From an uncultured cyanobacterium (GTDB lineage: Bacteria; Cyanobacteriota; Cyanobacteriia; CAKZMO01), in the NCBI GenBank assembly GCA_963719515.1, contig CAVRCJ010000006.1, positions 32,001 through 96,000 on the forward strand: a stretch of 64,000 nucleotides of DNA, read 5' to 3'. Under the pieces are notes generated by a model, which worked only from the letters and a program-made list of their open reading frames with translations, ran no database searches and had not been told where the DNA came from. The position numbers and the translations under genes were made by a program. Shown piece after piece: positions 20,821 to 30,637 of this stretch; within the stretch, counting starts at the first letter, position 1, and each line of letters begins with the position of its first letter.

Positions 20821-21447
20821 ATGCTCAGCTACCTCCGGGGAACTCTCATCAGTATTCAAAAAGTCGGCAGCGGACGCGTTCTCCTCGTGCTAGAGGTCAA
20901 CCGCGTTGGCTACGAGCTGCAAATTTTGCCCCGCATGGTGGGAGAGCTGCCTGAAATTGGGGAAGAGGCACAGATTCACACCCACCAGCAGGTCCGCGAA
21001 GACCAGATGCTGCTCTACGGCTTTAGCTCCGCCGCCCAGCGGGATCTATTTCGCCAGCTGGTCGCCGTTAGCGGCATCGGCCCTCAGCTGGCTGTGGCCC
21101 TGCTAGACACCTTTGCCCTCACGGACCTGGTGCAGGCGATCGTCGGCGGCAAGACGCGGCTGCTGGCCAAAACGCCGGGGGTCGGCCCAAAAACCGCCGA
21201 GCGCATTTCCCTGGAGCTAAAAACTAAGCTGGCGGAGTGGCGCGAGCAGGCAGGCATCGTCGCTGTCCCTGACGCCGCCCCAGTGGCTTCGGTGCAGGAA
21301 GATGTGGAAATGACATTGCTGGCTCTGGGCTACTCTCCAGGGGAAATCGCCCGCGCCCTGCAGGCGGTCGGTCAGTCCACAGCGCTCTCCAAAACAGCCG
21401 ACGCCGGGGAGTGGATTCGAGAGGCGATCGCTTGGCTGAGTCATTAG
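20821..21447 (+). CDS. ruvA: Holliday junction branch migration protein RuvA
   Basis: VREDQMLLYGF, VSGIGP, PGVGPKTAERI. Confidence 0.97.
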   Translation: MLSYLRGTLISIQKVGSGRVLLVLEVNRVGYELQILPRMVGELPEIGEEAQIHTHQQVREDQMLLYGFSSAAQRDLFRQLVAVSGIGPQLAVALLDTFALTDLVQAIVGGKTRLLAKTPGVGPKTAERISLELKTKLAEWREQAGIVAVPDAAPVASVQEDVEMTLLALGYSPGEIARALQAVGQSTALSKTADAGEWIREAIAWLSH

Positions 21448-21545
21448 CAGAAGGCTATGGTAAGATTGTAGGCCTGACCATTCACAGACTTGATGGTCAA
21501 ATTGATGACCATACATGACCTAGCGCAAGAAAGTAGCTCAAATCC

Positions 21546-21815
21546 ATGGCACTTGTTCAAGAGAAAAAGCAGGAACTGATCAACGAATATCAGATTCACG
21601 AGACTGACACAGGGTCAGCTGATGTTCAAGTGGCGATGCTTACGGAGCGAATCAACCTCCTTAGCGCTCACCTGAAGACAAACAAAAAGGATTTTTCCTC
21701 TCGTCGAGGTCTCCTTAAAATGATCGGTCAACGCAAGCGGCTGCTCAGCTACATCCTGAAGCAAGACCAGCAGCGCTACCGAGATCTGATCGCCAAGCTT
21801 GGCATTCGCGGATAG
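21546..21815 (+). CDS. rpsO: 30S ribosomal protein S15
   Basis: [13 protein letters not shown]...[16 protein letters not shown]. Confidence 0.99.
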   Translation: MALVQEKKQELINEYQIHETDTGSADVQVAMLTERINLLSAHLKTNKKDFSSRRGLLKMIGQRKRLLSYILKQDQQRYRDLIAKLGIRG

Positions 21816-21862
21816 ACAGCCCGTCCCGACATAGACAGCAGGATAAGTTAGGTGCATGACCT

Positions 21863-22456
21863 ATGGCTAGCCCCTCCAACTCTGACGATCGCTCTAAAGC
21901 CCGTTCGTCGAAGGCGCGTTTGCCGTTTGAGCCCAAAAGCCGGAAGAAGTCTGGGCCAGCGGTAGAGCCGGACGCTCCCGTCAAGGGAGACGGCGACAAC
22001 AGCGTCAAGGCTAGCGACAAGCGAGCTAACGCCAAAGCGGCCAAAGTGCAGGCGGCCAAGGAAAAGCTAACCAAAATGAAAATGCTGTCTGAGCAGCAGC
22101 GCCGACAGGGTGGCCGCGGCGCGAACAAAGGTGGCATTCCTGAGGTGGTGACTCAGCGCATGGTAAAGCGCATGGCCCTTTTGGCCGGAACGCCGATGCT
22201 GCTGGGGGTGGCGACTTTTTTCGTCAGCTACTACATCGTCAGCCGCGACCTGCTTCAACTGCCCACAGTCGCCGTCTTGCTCGTTAGCCTAGGCTTCTTC
22301 GGTCTCAGCGTCTTGGGGCTGAGCTATGGCGCTCTATCCGCCTCGTGGGAAGAAACGAGCGAAGCGGGTAGCTTTTGGGGCTGGCAAGAATTTCGCCTCA
22401 ATTTTGGCCGCATGCGGGGCTCGTGGAAGGACGCCAAAGAGGCTAGAAATTCGTAG
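21863..22456 (+). CDS. pam68: PAM68 family (DUF3464) PSII assembly protein
   Basis: LPFEP, IPEVVTQRM, GLSYGALSASWE; position after rpsO. Confidence 0.9.
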   Translation: MASPSNSDDRSKARSSKARLPFEPKSRKKSGPAVEPDAPVKGDGDNSVKASDKRANAKAAKVQAAKEKLTKMKMLSEQQRRQGGRGANKGGIPEVVTQRMVKRMALLAGTPMLLGVATFFVSYYIVSRDLLQLPTVAVLLVSLGFFGLSVLGLSYGALSASWEETSEAGSFWGWQEFRLNFGRMRGSWKDAKEARNS

Positions 22457-22505
22457 GGCACAGGTAAATTAGGCCCATCAGCAGACGATGTAAGGAGACA
22501 CCATC

Positions 22506-23561
22506 ATGATTGTGGTAATGAAGGCCGGAGCCCCTGAATTGGAGGTGCAGCGCCTGTCGGATGAGTTTGAGGGTCGAGGGCTGACGCCTGAAAAGATTGT
22601 GGGTAAGCACAAGACCGTTATTGGCCTTGTGGGCGATACCGTTGACCTAGATCCGCTTCAGCTTCAGGAACTGAGCTCCTGGATCGAGCAGGTGCTGCGC
22701 GTTGAGAAACCCTTTAAGCGGGCGAGCCGAGAATACCGCCACGGCGAGGCTAGCGACGTGCTCGTGGGCACCCCTAGCGGCATGGTGGCCTTTGGTGAGA
22801 ATCAGCCTCTCGTTTTGGTGGCGGGCCCCTGCTCTGTAGAAAATGAGGACATGATTGTTGAGACGGCGCGGCGCGTTAAGGCGGCGGGCGCTCAGTTTTT
22901 GCGCGGTGGAGCCTACAAGCCCCGCACTTCTCCCTATGCATTCCAGGGGCATGGCGAGAGCGCGCTGCATCTTTTGTCCGCTGCCCGAGAGGCTAGCGGA
23001 CTGGGGATCATCACAGAGGTGATGGACACCGCTGACGTCGAGAAGATTGCTGAAGTTGCGGACGTGCTGCAGGTGGGTGCGCGCAACATGCAAAACTTTG
23101 CTTTGCTTAAAAAGGTAGGCGCTCAGGACAAGCCCGTGCTCCTAAAGCGGGGCATGTCGGCCACTATCAGCGAATGGCTGATGGCCTCTGAGTACATTTT
23201 GGCGGCGGGTAACCCCAACGTGATTCTTTGCGAGCGAGGCATTCGCACCTTCGATCGCACCTACACCCGCAACACCCTCGACCTTTCTGTAGTGCCGGTG
23301 CTGCGATCGCTCACCCATCTTCCCATCATGATTGACCCTAGCCACGGCACGGGCTGGGCTAGCTACGTCCCCGATATGGCCGCTGCCGCTGTTGCGGTGG
23401 GGGCAGACTCTCTGATGATCGAAGTTCATCCCAACCCGCCCAAGGCCCTATCAGATGGGGCTCAGTCCCTGACGCCGGAGCAGTTCTCTCAGCTGGTAGA
23501 GCGGCTCTCAGTCGTGGGCAAGGCTGTGGGACGCTGGCCTCTCACCCCAGCCGTCACGTAA
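22506..23561 (+). CDS. aroF: DAHP synthase (class I-beta)
   Basis: [31 protein letters not shown]. Confidence 0.95.
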   Translation: MIVVMKAGAPELEVQRLSDEFEGRGLTPEKIVGKHKTVIGLVGDTVDLDPLQLQELSSWIEQVLRVEKPFKRASREYRHGEASDVLVGTPSGMVAFGENQPLVLVAGPCSVENEDMIVETARRVKAAGAQFLRGGAYKPRTSPYAFQGHGESALHLLSAAREASGLGIITEVMDTADVEKIAEVADVLQVGARNMQNFALLKKVGAQDKPVLLKRGMSATISEWLMASEYILAAGNPNVILCERGIRTFDRTYTRNTLDLSVVPVLRSLTHLPIMIDPSHGTGWASYVPDMAAAAVAVGADSLMIEVHPNPPKALSDGAQSLTPEQFSQLVERLSVVGKAVGRWPLTPAVT

Positions 23562-24996
23562 GCTTGGACTGATCGGCGATCGCGTCCTGCGATGCTGCCG
23601 GATCGGCAGGGCTAGCGGCTCCCTCGGGGCGCTGATTGGGGGAATCGAGCCGCTGCAGTTTGCCCACCTGCTGTCCCAAACTCCGCAAGATATGGGAGAG
23701 GTCGGCCAGCACCTCCATCGAGGGATCAGAGCCGTCAGGCGATGCCGCCATCCGATTCTTCAACTCGCTCACTCTGAGCTGCACCTGCTTCGCTGCGTCG
23801 ATGGCCTCCTGCCCTAAGCGCGTCATTTGCTGGCGCTGGTAAAGCTTGAGCGTCGCGCCCTGCAAAACCTGCAGCATCGCGTTCTCGCCCTGCTGGCTGG
23901 TCGTTATGCGAACGCGTAGAAGCACCGTTGATTCTCCATAGGTGTACTCCAGCTCAGCGAAGCTAGTACGTTTGACCAAGGCCATGGGGAGCTGCATCAT
24001 CTGCTTCAGTTCATTCAGCACGCCCTGGAGCTGATCTTTGGAAATTGGGTCAATTGCCGACCGCAGCACCCCACTATCGCTCCAAAGGATGCGACCTCGG
24101 TCGGCCTGGGGCTCAAAGTAAAGGCGACTGATATTTCCCACTAGCACACGGCCCAAAAGCTCAGGCAGCAGATGGCGCGGGGCCAGCTCGGCAAGTCGCT
24201 CGAACGGCAGCTCTGGGCGTCGAATATCGAGCGCTAGCGCAGGGGGCGTATGCACTTGAACTGTAGGCTGATTCTCCTGAGCGCTGTCGTCACCTGAGGC
24301 TGGCGGTAGCTGTGGGTCACTGAGGGCAGATATGGGGTTTCCAGGCCTGTTTTTGAGATGAATTTCTGAGGGTAGGTAAGCTTCGTCTAGAGTCTCAGGG
24401 CTATCGACGACGTAGGTTTCTTGCTCTGGCCTTGGGGCAGGTCGCTTACCTTTGCGGCGGCGATCGCGCTTACGACTTGGGTCGGGTGCGGCATCGATGG
24501 GCTGAGCTGCGGCTGCAGCTGACTCTGAACCGGCAGGCTCAACCGCTTCAGGGCTAAAGATTTTAGGGTGGGACTGCGGCACGGGAGACGCTGCGGGCGC
24601 TGAGGTTTTTAGAGCCACGGGTGAGGCCGCGTCCGCGGCGCGCTTCGGCTGGGGTTGAAGACGCGCGCTCGCAGCATCGGCGGCATGGTGCTTTAGGTAA
24701 GCCGACAGCGCCACCTGCAGAACCGTCGAAGAAATAGACTGCTTGACGAGTGAGTAATTTAGGTAAGCAATGATACGTCGAGCGTATTCATAGGCCGCAG
24801 TATCACCGACAAAAACCATGCCCAAGTGCAGGTGTCTGCCCTTCAAAAAGAGAGGAAGTATCTGATGGTGTAGGCATATCTCAACAGGAAGCACGCTCTC
24901 GATCAGCGTAAACATCTGCTCGATGTTTACGCGCTCAGCCATCTCTTTATTAGAGAACTCTGGATAGAGACGCTTCACTAGCTGTTGGTAATCCAT
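23554..24996 (-). CDS. Protein with GspE/PilB N-terminal-like domains but no ATPase
   Basis: LPVEICLHHQILPL...LHLGMV, later ISRLYFE...RILW; no Walker A; start uncertain. Confidence 0.6.
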   Translation of the reverse strand: MDYQQLVKRLYPEFSNKEMAERVNIEQMFTLIESVLPVEICLHHQILPLFLKGRHLHLGMVFVGDTAAYEYARRIIAYLNYSLVKQSISSTVLQVALSAYLKHHAADAASARLQPQPKRAADAASPVALKTSAPAASPVPQSHPKIFSPEAVEPAGSESAAAAAQPIDAAPDPSRKRDRRRKGKRPAPRPEQETYVVDSPETLDEAYLPSEIHLKNRPGNPISALSDPQLPPASGDDSAQENQPTVQVHTPPALALDIRRPELPFERLAELAPRHLLPELLGRVLVGNISRLYFEPQADRGRILWSDSGVLRSAIDPISKDQLQGVLNELKQMMQLPMALVKRTSFAELEYTYGESTVLLRVRITTSQQGENAMLQVLQGATLKLYQRQQMTRLGQEAIDAAKQVQLRVSELKNRMAASPDGSDPSMEVLADLSHILRSLGQQVGKLQRLDSPNQRPEGAASPADPAASQDAIADQSKLT

Positions 24997-25248
24997 AGCC
25001 CTATCGGCCCACAGTAATCGATCATCCAAGCAGGATATGCAAAGGCTAACACATCAATCCCTATGGGGCTGACGTCCTTATGCTATGCCTGATCCTGCAG
25101 GCTTAAAGGCTTGAAATCCGGATTTTAGGCCCGAAACGCGGGTCCAAAAGTGTGGGCTCCAAAAGTGCGGGCTCTAGAAGCCTAACTCCTCAGAAAGGCT
25201 AACCTAGTGCCCTAGCCCCAACCTATGCCAGACTCCGAATCGATAGAC

Positions 25249-26370
25249 CTAGCTGCTTCGCACCTCTTGAGCGGCCAAATAAAGCTTGTGCCAATCGCCC
25301 AACACTTGCGCGACCGGTAGGCCGTGCTTTTTGGCGATCGCCTCAAAGGTCTTTCCCGCCTTGATATCTTCTACCAGTAGACGCTGATACGCTGTCAGCT
25401 CGTTCCAGAACTGCTGCCACTGATCGGGCAAGAGACCCAAGCTATGTTCCTGAAGCGAGGTGCCCAACCAAGCGGTGACCAGGTCAGATTTACGCTTTGT
25501 GCAAAACACCTTAACAGCGTGATAACTGACCTTCTCTCGCAGCCGGTAAACCTGTTTGATTGGCATCTGCATCTGCTGGGCGATCGAGTCCTGGGTGTAA
25601 CCCTGTAGATGAAGCCCAAGCCACGTCACCGCCTCATCTCCCAGCGCCTCCTCAAGGTAGCTCTCAAACTCCTCCTTGACGCTACGGCGCAGGGTTTGCT
25701 GCTCCTGCCAAAATTTGTTGTCTTGATACTGAGCGAGCGCTTCATCATCCAGCAAACTGATAGGGCTCTCGCTGTCACCGAGAGTTTGCTCTTCAGAAAT
25801 CAGCCGAATTGTATCTCGGCTGGGCACCTGCGTCATGCCGCCCCGCTGGGAGCGTCGTAAGTAGTTGACAAACCGGTAAACCAGTAGCGGCTGGTTGCGA
25901 ATGGGCCTCAGGCAGTACTCCTCAATGCTCGTCAAGATTAGAGCGTTGCGAAGCCGTCGGTCTGAGGTGCAGCGAGAAATAAATCGAAGCTGCTGCTGGA
26001 TGTGGCGATCGCTCTGAAGCATCTCCTGAATCACCTCCTGAATCACCTCCATCGGGCTGCGGCGGCGATCCCGCGACAGGGCTATCCAGGTCCGCACCTT
26101 GTTGCGCACCACAGATATACTGTTGAGACGCTTAATCAGCTGATGATACGCGCGGTGAGGACTTCCAAGGTAGCGCCTGCACAAAATGCGGTAACGATAT
26201 TCCATGGCCTGCTGCAGCACCCGCAGGTGCTCACCGGACGATCGCTCAACTTGATCTAGGCTCTCCCCCAGGAGCCAAGTCACGATGCTATCGCGATCCT
26301 GCTGGGACCAATCCGGCAGCTCCATCTGCAGCCGCGATTGCCATTGGTGCCTTAGGTCTTCAACTGCCAT
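25249..26370 (-). CDS. HetZ-related protein (sigma-like HTH)
   Basis: SIVTWLLG, YRYRIL..RYLG, EEYCLRPIRNQPLLVYRFVNY, C-terminal HTHs. Confidence 0.8.
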   Translation of the reverse strand: MAVEDLRHQWQSRLQMELPDWSQQDRDSIVTWLLGESLDQVERSSGEHLRVLQQAMEYRYRILCRRYLGSPHRAYHQLIKRLNSISVVRNKVRTWIALSRDRRRSPMEVIQEVIQEMLQSDRHIQQQLRFISRCTSDRRLRNALILTSIEEYCLRPIRNQPLLVYRFVNYLRRSQRGGMTQVPSRDTIRLISEEQTLGDSESPISLLDDEALAQYQDNKFWQEQQTLRRSVKEEFESYLEEALGDEAVTWLGLHLQGYTQDSIAQQMQMPIKQVYRLREKVSYHAVKVFCTKRKSDLVTAWLGTSLQEHSLGLLPDQWQQFWNELTAYQRLLVEDIKAGKTFEAIAKKHGLPVAQVLGDWHKLYLAAQEVRSS

Positions 26371-27458
26371 TATCAACCTGCTACAGCCTTATAAGTTACT
26401 AGGTGCAGCCTGCACGTCAAAAAATTTTCAAAAGGAAACGAATCGGTACAACAAAGACTATTTAAGGTCTATCAAACGCAGAACAGGCTACTAAACTTTG
26501 GTGAAGTATATTTAAGAATAGCCCAAATTCCGTACCCCTCAGCGCTGAATTTACCGCGTGCTGAAAGTTGTAGTCCATCAGCACTCATTCACCTAGACGT
26601 CGACATATACAGCAGCGTCAAGATGTAGCATCCTGTAGCCAGTTGTTCCAAAACTGCGAAACTGACCCCTCTAGCTCCCTTAACCTTTTCAGATGCTCCT
26701 AGAATTTCAAGTGATCTTCGTCACTTACTATCAATACTGCCTAGCTCATTCAGCCTGAAGTCGTGTATCTTTTTACGTGACATCCTCCCGACGCTGACAG
26801 CAAGCTGTACAGCGCGGGCTTCCTCAGTGACTCCCAGCTATTGCCGAGACATATCCTGAGATAGGTTTATACTCCGCCTGATGCCCCACGGCAGAGTTTT
26901 GAATTTTCATCTCCGCGAGGGAGGATACGCACTATGTGTCGCAGATACATTTGCAAACTGAGGAACGGGTGACTTGCAGCTTTCGTCTACGGGCCCGTCA
27001 CACTCTTTGCGGGGTGTATCACCTTGCTATCTCTATCATACCAACTGCTAGCCTCAGCGCTGAGCGCACTATCCGCTGTGCATCATTTTGCGGGCGCACT
27101 TCGGCTAGCGCGACTCTCATCCCGACGCTCACCCTGACGGGTAGAGCACGGGGCTTCTCGTCTAGTCGCTAAAAATGTGACTTTCTGACCGTCACAGCGC
27201 ATCGAGTGAGTTTCGGCGCAATGATGGATTAAAGCTAAGACTGGGCAAATTGATCGAATCGGTATATCGGCAGACTAACTTGTACAGCCGTTTGCAGTAA
27301 TCTGTATAATTATGTCATCATGAGCTTTCTATGGGCTCTGTTGGGCTTTGTGCAGCGTCCGTCAGGGTGATGATAGTTACCAGTTAGGCAGTAAACAAGT
27401 TGCACAAGCTGATTGCCAACCATCCAGGGTGTTTTCTAATCAGAGAGAGGAGTGCATT

Positions 27459-27743
27459 ATGTTTCAGACACCTCAACAGGCTCTAAAGCCTAACCCGTTT
27501 ACAACTCATCGCGATCCAGAAACGGGACGATGGATTGTTGTGTTAACTGACGCGGCTCGTCTGAGCCAGGATTGCTCATCGGTATCGCAATCATCGGTTT
27601 CACAATCGTCGACGTCACAGTATTGCAACACCGCCACCGCCCGACTTTCCAGAAAATCAGCTTTATTTAGTTCTCAGCTTCGTCCCGTTTCTGCAGGATC
27701 CACCCACAGTATCAGAGCAGCCTCAGCGGTCCCCTCATCGTGA
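27459..27743 (+). CDS. Small hypothetical protein (NPFTTHRDPETGRW motif)
   Basis: GAGGAG RBS before ATG 27459; TATAAT at 27305-27310 upstream. Confidence 0.6.
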   Translation: MFQTPQQALKPNPFTTHRDPETGRWIVVLTDAARLSQDCSSVSQSSVSQSSTSQYCNTATARLSRKSALFSSQLRPVSAGSTHSIRAASAVPSS

Positions 27744-28300
27744 TACAGCTTCCCTCCATCCCCAGCGACGTCTCCTTCAACGCTTCAATCAAGCTGACTG
27801 GGCAGCTGCTTGAGTCTGTTCGAGCAGCTGCCCAGTCACTCCCTCAATCAGCAGATGAGGCAGCTATAGCGCAGACAGTTGCTGACCTGGTTCAGAGTAA
27901 GCAAGGCGGCCGGGGCTTTTTTGTGGTCTATCTGACGGGTGAGCACCCCCTAGATCACCCGCCTCACCCGGCGGTGGTGGAAGGGCTTCGGCAAGCGCCT
28001 GAGCAAACAACAGACTTGCTCACTAAAAATCTGGCCATGTCCACCGCCATGGTGGTGGCTCACCGCCGCCAAGGTAACTCTGAGATGGCTCAGCAGTCAG
28101 AGCAGGTGCGATCGCGATCGCTAGAGCTAATTGAAGCACTGCGTTTACCCTCACTGACCGAAGCGCTGACGCAGCTGCGCGACAGCGCCGCCTCCAGCGA
28201 CGGCAGCTTCGAAGCATTTTTGACCCGATGGGGCTACGACGATGAGCAGCGGCAGCACATTGAAAAATCCGCTGACGAAGCGCTAAAGCGGCTCAGTTAG
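27740..28300 (+). CDS. Conserved hypothetical protein
   Basis: GGRGFFVVYLT, KNLAMSTAM, RWGYDDEQ; 4-bp overlap with previous ORF. Confidence 0.8.
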   Translation: MIQLPSIPSDVSFNASIKLTGQLLESVRAAAQSLPQSADEAAIAQTVADLVQSKQGGRGFFVVYLTGEHPLDHPPHPAVVEGLRQAPEQTTDLLTKNLAMSTAMVVAHRRQGNSEMAQQSEQVRSRSLELIEALRLPSLTEALTQLRDSAASSDGSFEAFLTRWGYDDEQRQHIEKSADEALKRLS

Positions 28301-28507
28301 CTCAGTCCTTCGCTCTAGGTATCAGACAAACCGGTCAAAGGGCAAGTCAGTAGCTTTAAAGAACTCACCTAGTTTTGTCGAGTAGCGTTACCGAAACTTA
28401 ACGAGAAACCCACAGTGCTGAGCCATGATAGAGGACAGCAGCGTGGCCTAGTGCGTTTCTTGGCGAGCGGCGCTGCGAGCCGTACTAAATGAGACGAGGA
28501 GCACTGA

Positions 28508-29140
28508 GTGGCACGATTTTCCGCAGATTTACACCGCTACTTCTTTGAGGAGCCGCCCACTGACAAAATTCGGCTCGACCATATCTTAGAGCTGGCGGGC
28601 GAGCGCACCTTTGGTTTTTTACTGGTGCTGCTGGCGCTGCCCTCCGCGCTACCGGTTCCGGCCCCGGGCTACTCAATCCCGTTTGGCATTCTCATTGTGC
28701 TACTGGCCCTACAGTTTGCCGTGGGCCGGCCCGAGCCCTGGTTCCCTCGCGGCTTGCGGCAGCGGTCCATTGGCCTCAAGCAAACCCAGCGCATTCTCTC
28801 GGCGGGGTTGCCTTGGCTAAAGCGGCTGGAGTCTCTTTCCAAACCTCGCATGGCCTATATCTGCACGAGCCCCCTGTGGCGAGCCGTGCTCGGAGTCGCG
28901 ATCGCCCTCATGGGAATCTCGATGATGATCCCACTACCGCTGACCAATACTTTTCCCGCCATCGGCGTGTTTATTGTCGGCTTTAGCCTCATCGAAGACG
29001 ACGGCCTAGTGGGTCTAGCCGGGCTCACCACCTGCGTCATCGCCGGGGCTGTTTCTACGGCGCTGGTTACCGCTTACTTCGTCGGCGGCCTCAAGCTGGT
29101 GGAGGTCGTCATCGATCAGATTCGCGGCGTCGCGCCGTAG
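28508..29140 (+). CDS. exoD: Exopolysaccharide synthesis protein ExoD
   Basis: FGFLLVLLALPSALP, PLPLTNTFPA, EDDG. Confidence 0.9.
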   Translation: MARFSADLHRYFFEEPPTDKIRLDHILELAGERTFGFLLVLLALPSALPVPAPGYSIPFGILIVLLALQFAVGRPEPWFPRGLRQRSIGLKQTQRILSAGLPWLKRLESLSKPRMAYICTSPLWRAVLGVAIALMGISMMIPLPLTNTFPAIGVFIVGFSLIEDDGLVGLAGLTTCVIAGAVSTALVTAYFVGGLKLVEVVIDQIRGVAP

Positions 29141-30217
29141 TCAAGCGGTTACAGACTCAGGCTTGGCAAAAATCATCCGCCCAGCAGACGTTTGCAGCGC
29201 TCCGGTGACCACCACCGACAAATCGTCTCCTAAGTAGCCGCTGCCCTCTTCTACTACCACCATAGTGCCATCGTCCAGATAGCCAACCCCTTGAGCAGGC
29301 TCTTTCCCCTGCTTCAAAATTCGTAGGTTGAGGCTGTCTCCGGGTAGGTAGTTGGGCCGTAGTGACTGGGCCAAATCATTGATGTTGAGGACGGTCACCT
29401 GCTGAAGGCTAGCGACCTTGTTGAGGTTATAGTCTGTGGTCAGCAGCATGCCGCTGATCTCCTGACCGAAGCGCACCAGCTTAGCATCTACGGTAGGGAT
29501 ATCGTCATAGTCTACTGGGTGAATGGAGATGCGATCGGGATAGTTGGCCTGCATCTCTTGCAGGACGTCCAGCCCTCGCCGCCCGCGAACGCGCTTTTGG
29601 TCGTTCGATGCATCAGCGACCTGCTGCAGCTCTTGAAGCACAAACTGGGGCACCAGCAGCTGACCCTCTAAAAAACCGGTGGTCAATAGGTCGTTGATGC
29701 GACCATCAATAATGCTGCTGGTGTCCAGAATTTTAGCGGAGGAGGCCTTAAGCGTTCCTTCAGCCACCAGCAAGGTTTCAACGCTATTAGGGTTGATTAA
29801 CCGCAGGAGCGTGCGACCATGAATGTCAGCCAAACTCATGCCGGAAACCGAAAACAGGACGCTGCCTAGGATAGCAGCTAGGGGTTTGATGAATGCGAAG
29901 TCTTCTGAAATCGGCAGCAGGAACAGCGGCGCGAGCAGCAGGTTGGCAATGAGCAGCCCGAGAATAAGCCCTACAGCTCGACTCAAGAGCATGTCCACTG
30001 GCATATCGCGCAGTCCCTTCTGCAGCCGACGGTAGGTTGTCTGGGCGGCGAGCCCTACCACAGTGCCGATCAAGGCTCCAAATGCTGCCAAGACGGTGCT
30101 TAGTCCCTCAATGCTGCTGACCTGGGCCAGAGCATCGGTAGGCAGCAGATCGACGCTGTAGTAGCCGATCCCACCGCCTGCGAGTACAAATGCCAATACG
30201 ATGATGATGTCGATCAT
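29141..30217 (-). CDS. Membrane PIN/TRAM domain protein (YacL-like)
   Basis: LDTSSIIDGR, RGRRGLD, GVGYLDDGTMVVVE, QTSAGRMIF. Confidence 0.92.
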   Translation of the reverse strand: MIDIIIVLAFVLAGGGIGYYSVDLLPTDALAQVSSIEGLSTVLAAFGALIGTVVGLAAQTTYRRLQKGLRDMPVDMLLSRAVGLILGLLIANLLLAPLFLLPISEDFAFIKPLAAILGSVLFSVSGMSLADIHGRTLLRLINPNSVETLLVAEGTLKASSAKILDTSSIIDGRINDLLTTGFLEGQLLVPQFVLQELQQVADASNDQKRVRGRRGLDVLQEMQANYPDRISIHPVDYDDIPTVDAKLVRFGQEISGMLLTTDYNLNKVASLQQVTVLNINDLAQSLRPNYLPGDSLNLRILKQGKEPAQGVGYLDDGTMVVVEEGSGYLGDDLSVVVTGALQTSAGRMIFAKPESVTA

Positions 30218-30637
30218 GATTGCGTCCCAACCAGGGAAATAGAGAAAGTATGAAGTATCTGTAGGGGATCTATGGGGTATGGATAAAGCCAGTATGGCGT
30301 GAAATGCTGTCAAAGCGGAAGACCTTTTGACGCTGCGCTGTACGGTCCTACGCCCGCAGTCTCAACCCGAATTATTTCGGATAGAGTTGCCTCGAGAAGC
30401 AGCTCTGCTCCCTAATCTAGACAAGGTCTATTTATGGCCCTACTTCCCATTATCGGAAACGCTACCCTAATCGGCAGATAATTTAAAGCTATTGACTGAA
30501 TTGCCGAGTAGGGACATCTCTACCAGTGCCTCCTCGTCCTCGCGGCGATCGCAGCTGCTTCTTTAAAATGCGCCGCTGAAAACGCAGAGAGGGCGATTGT
30601 GGCTGTAGTCGCTTAGCGTTGACGAGCGCCTAGCGCA

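Noticed and set aside
25138..25180. Short ~15-bp repeat GGGCTCCAAAAGTG
   Set aside because: Only 2-3 degenerate copies; typical intergenic slippage
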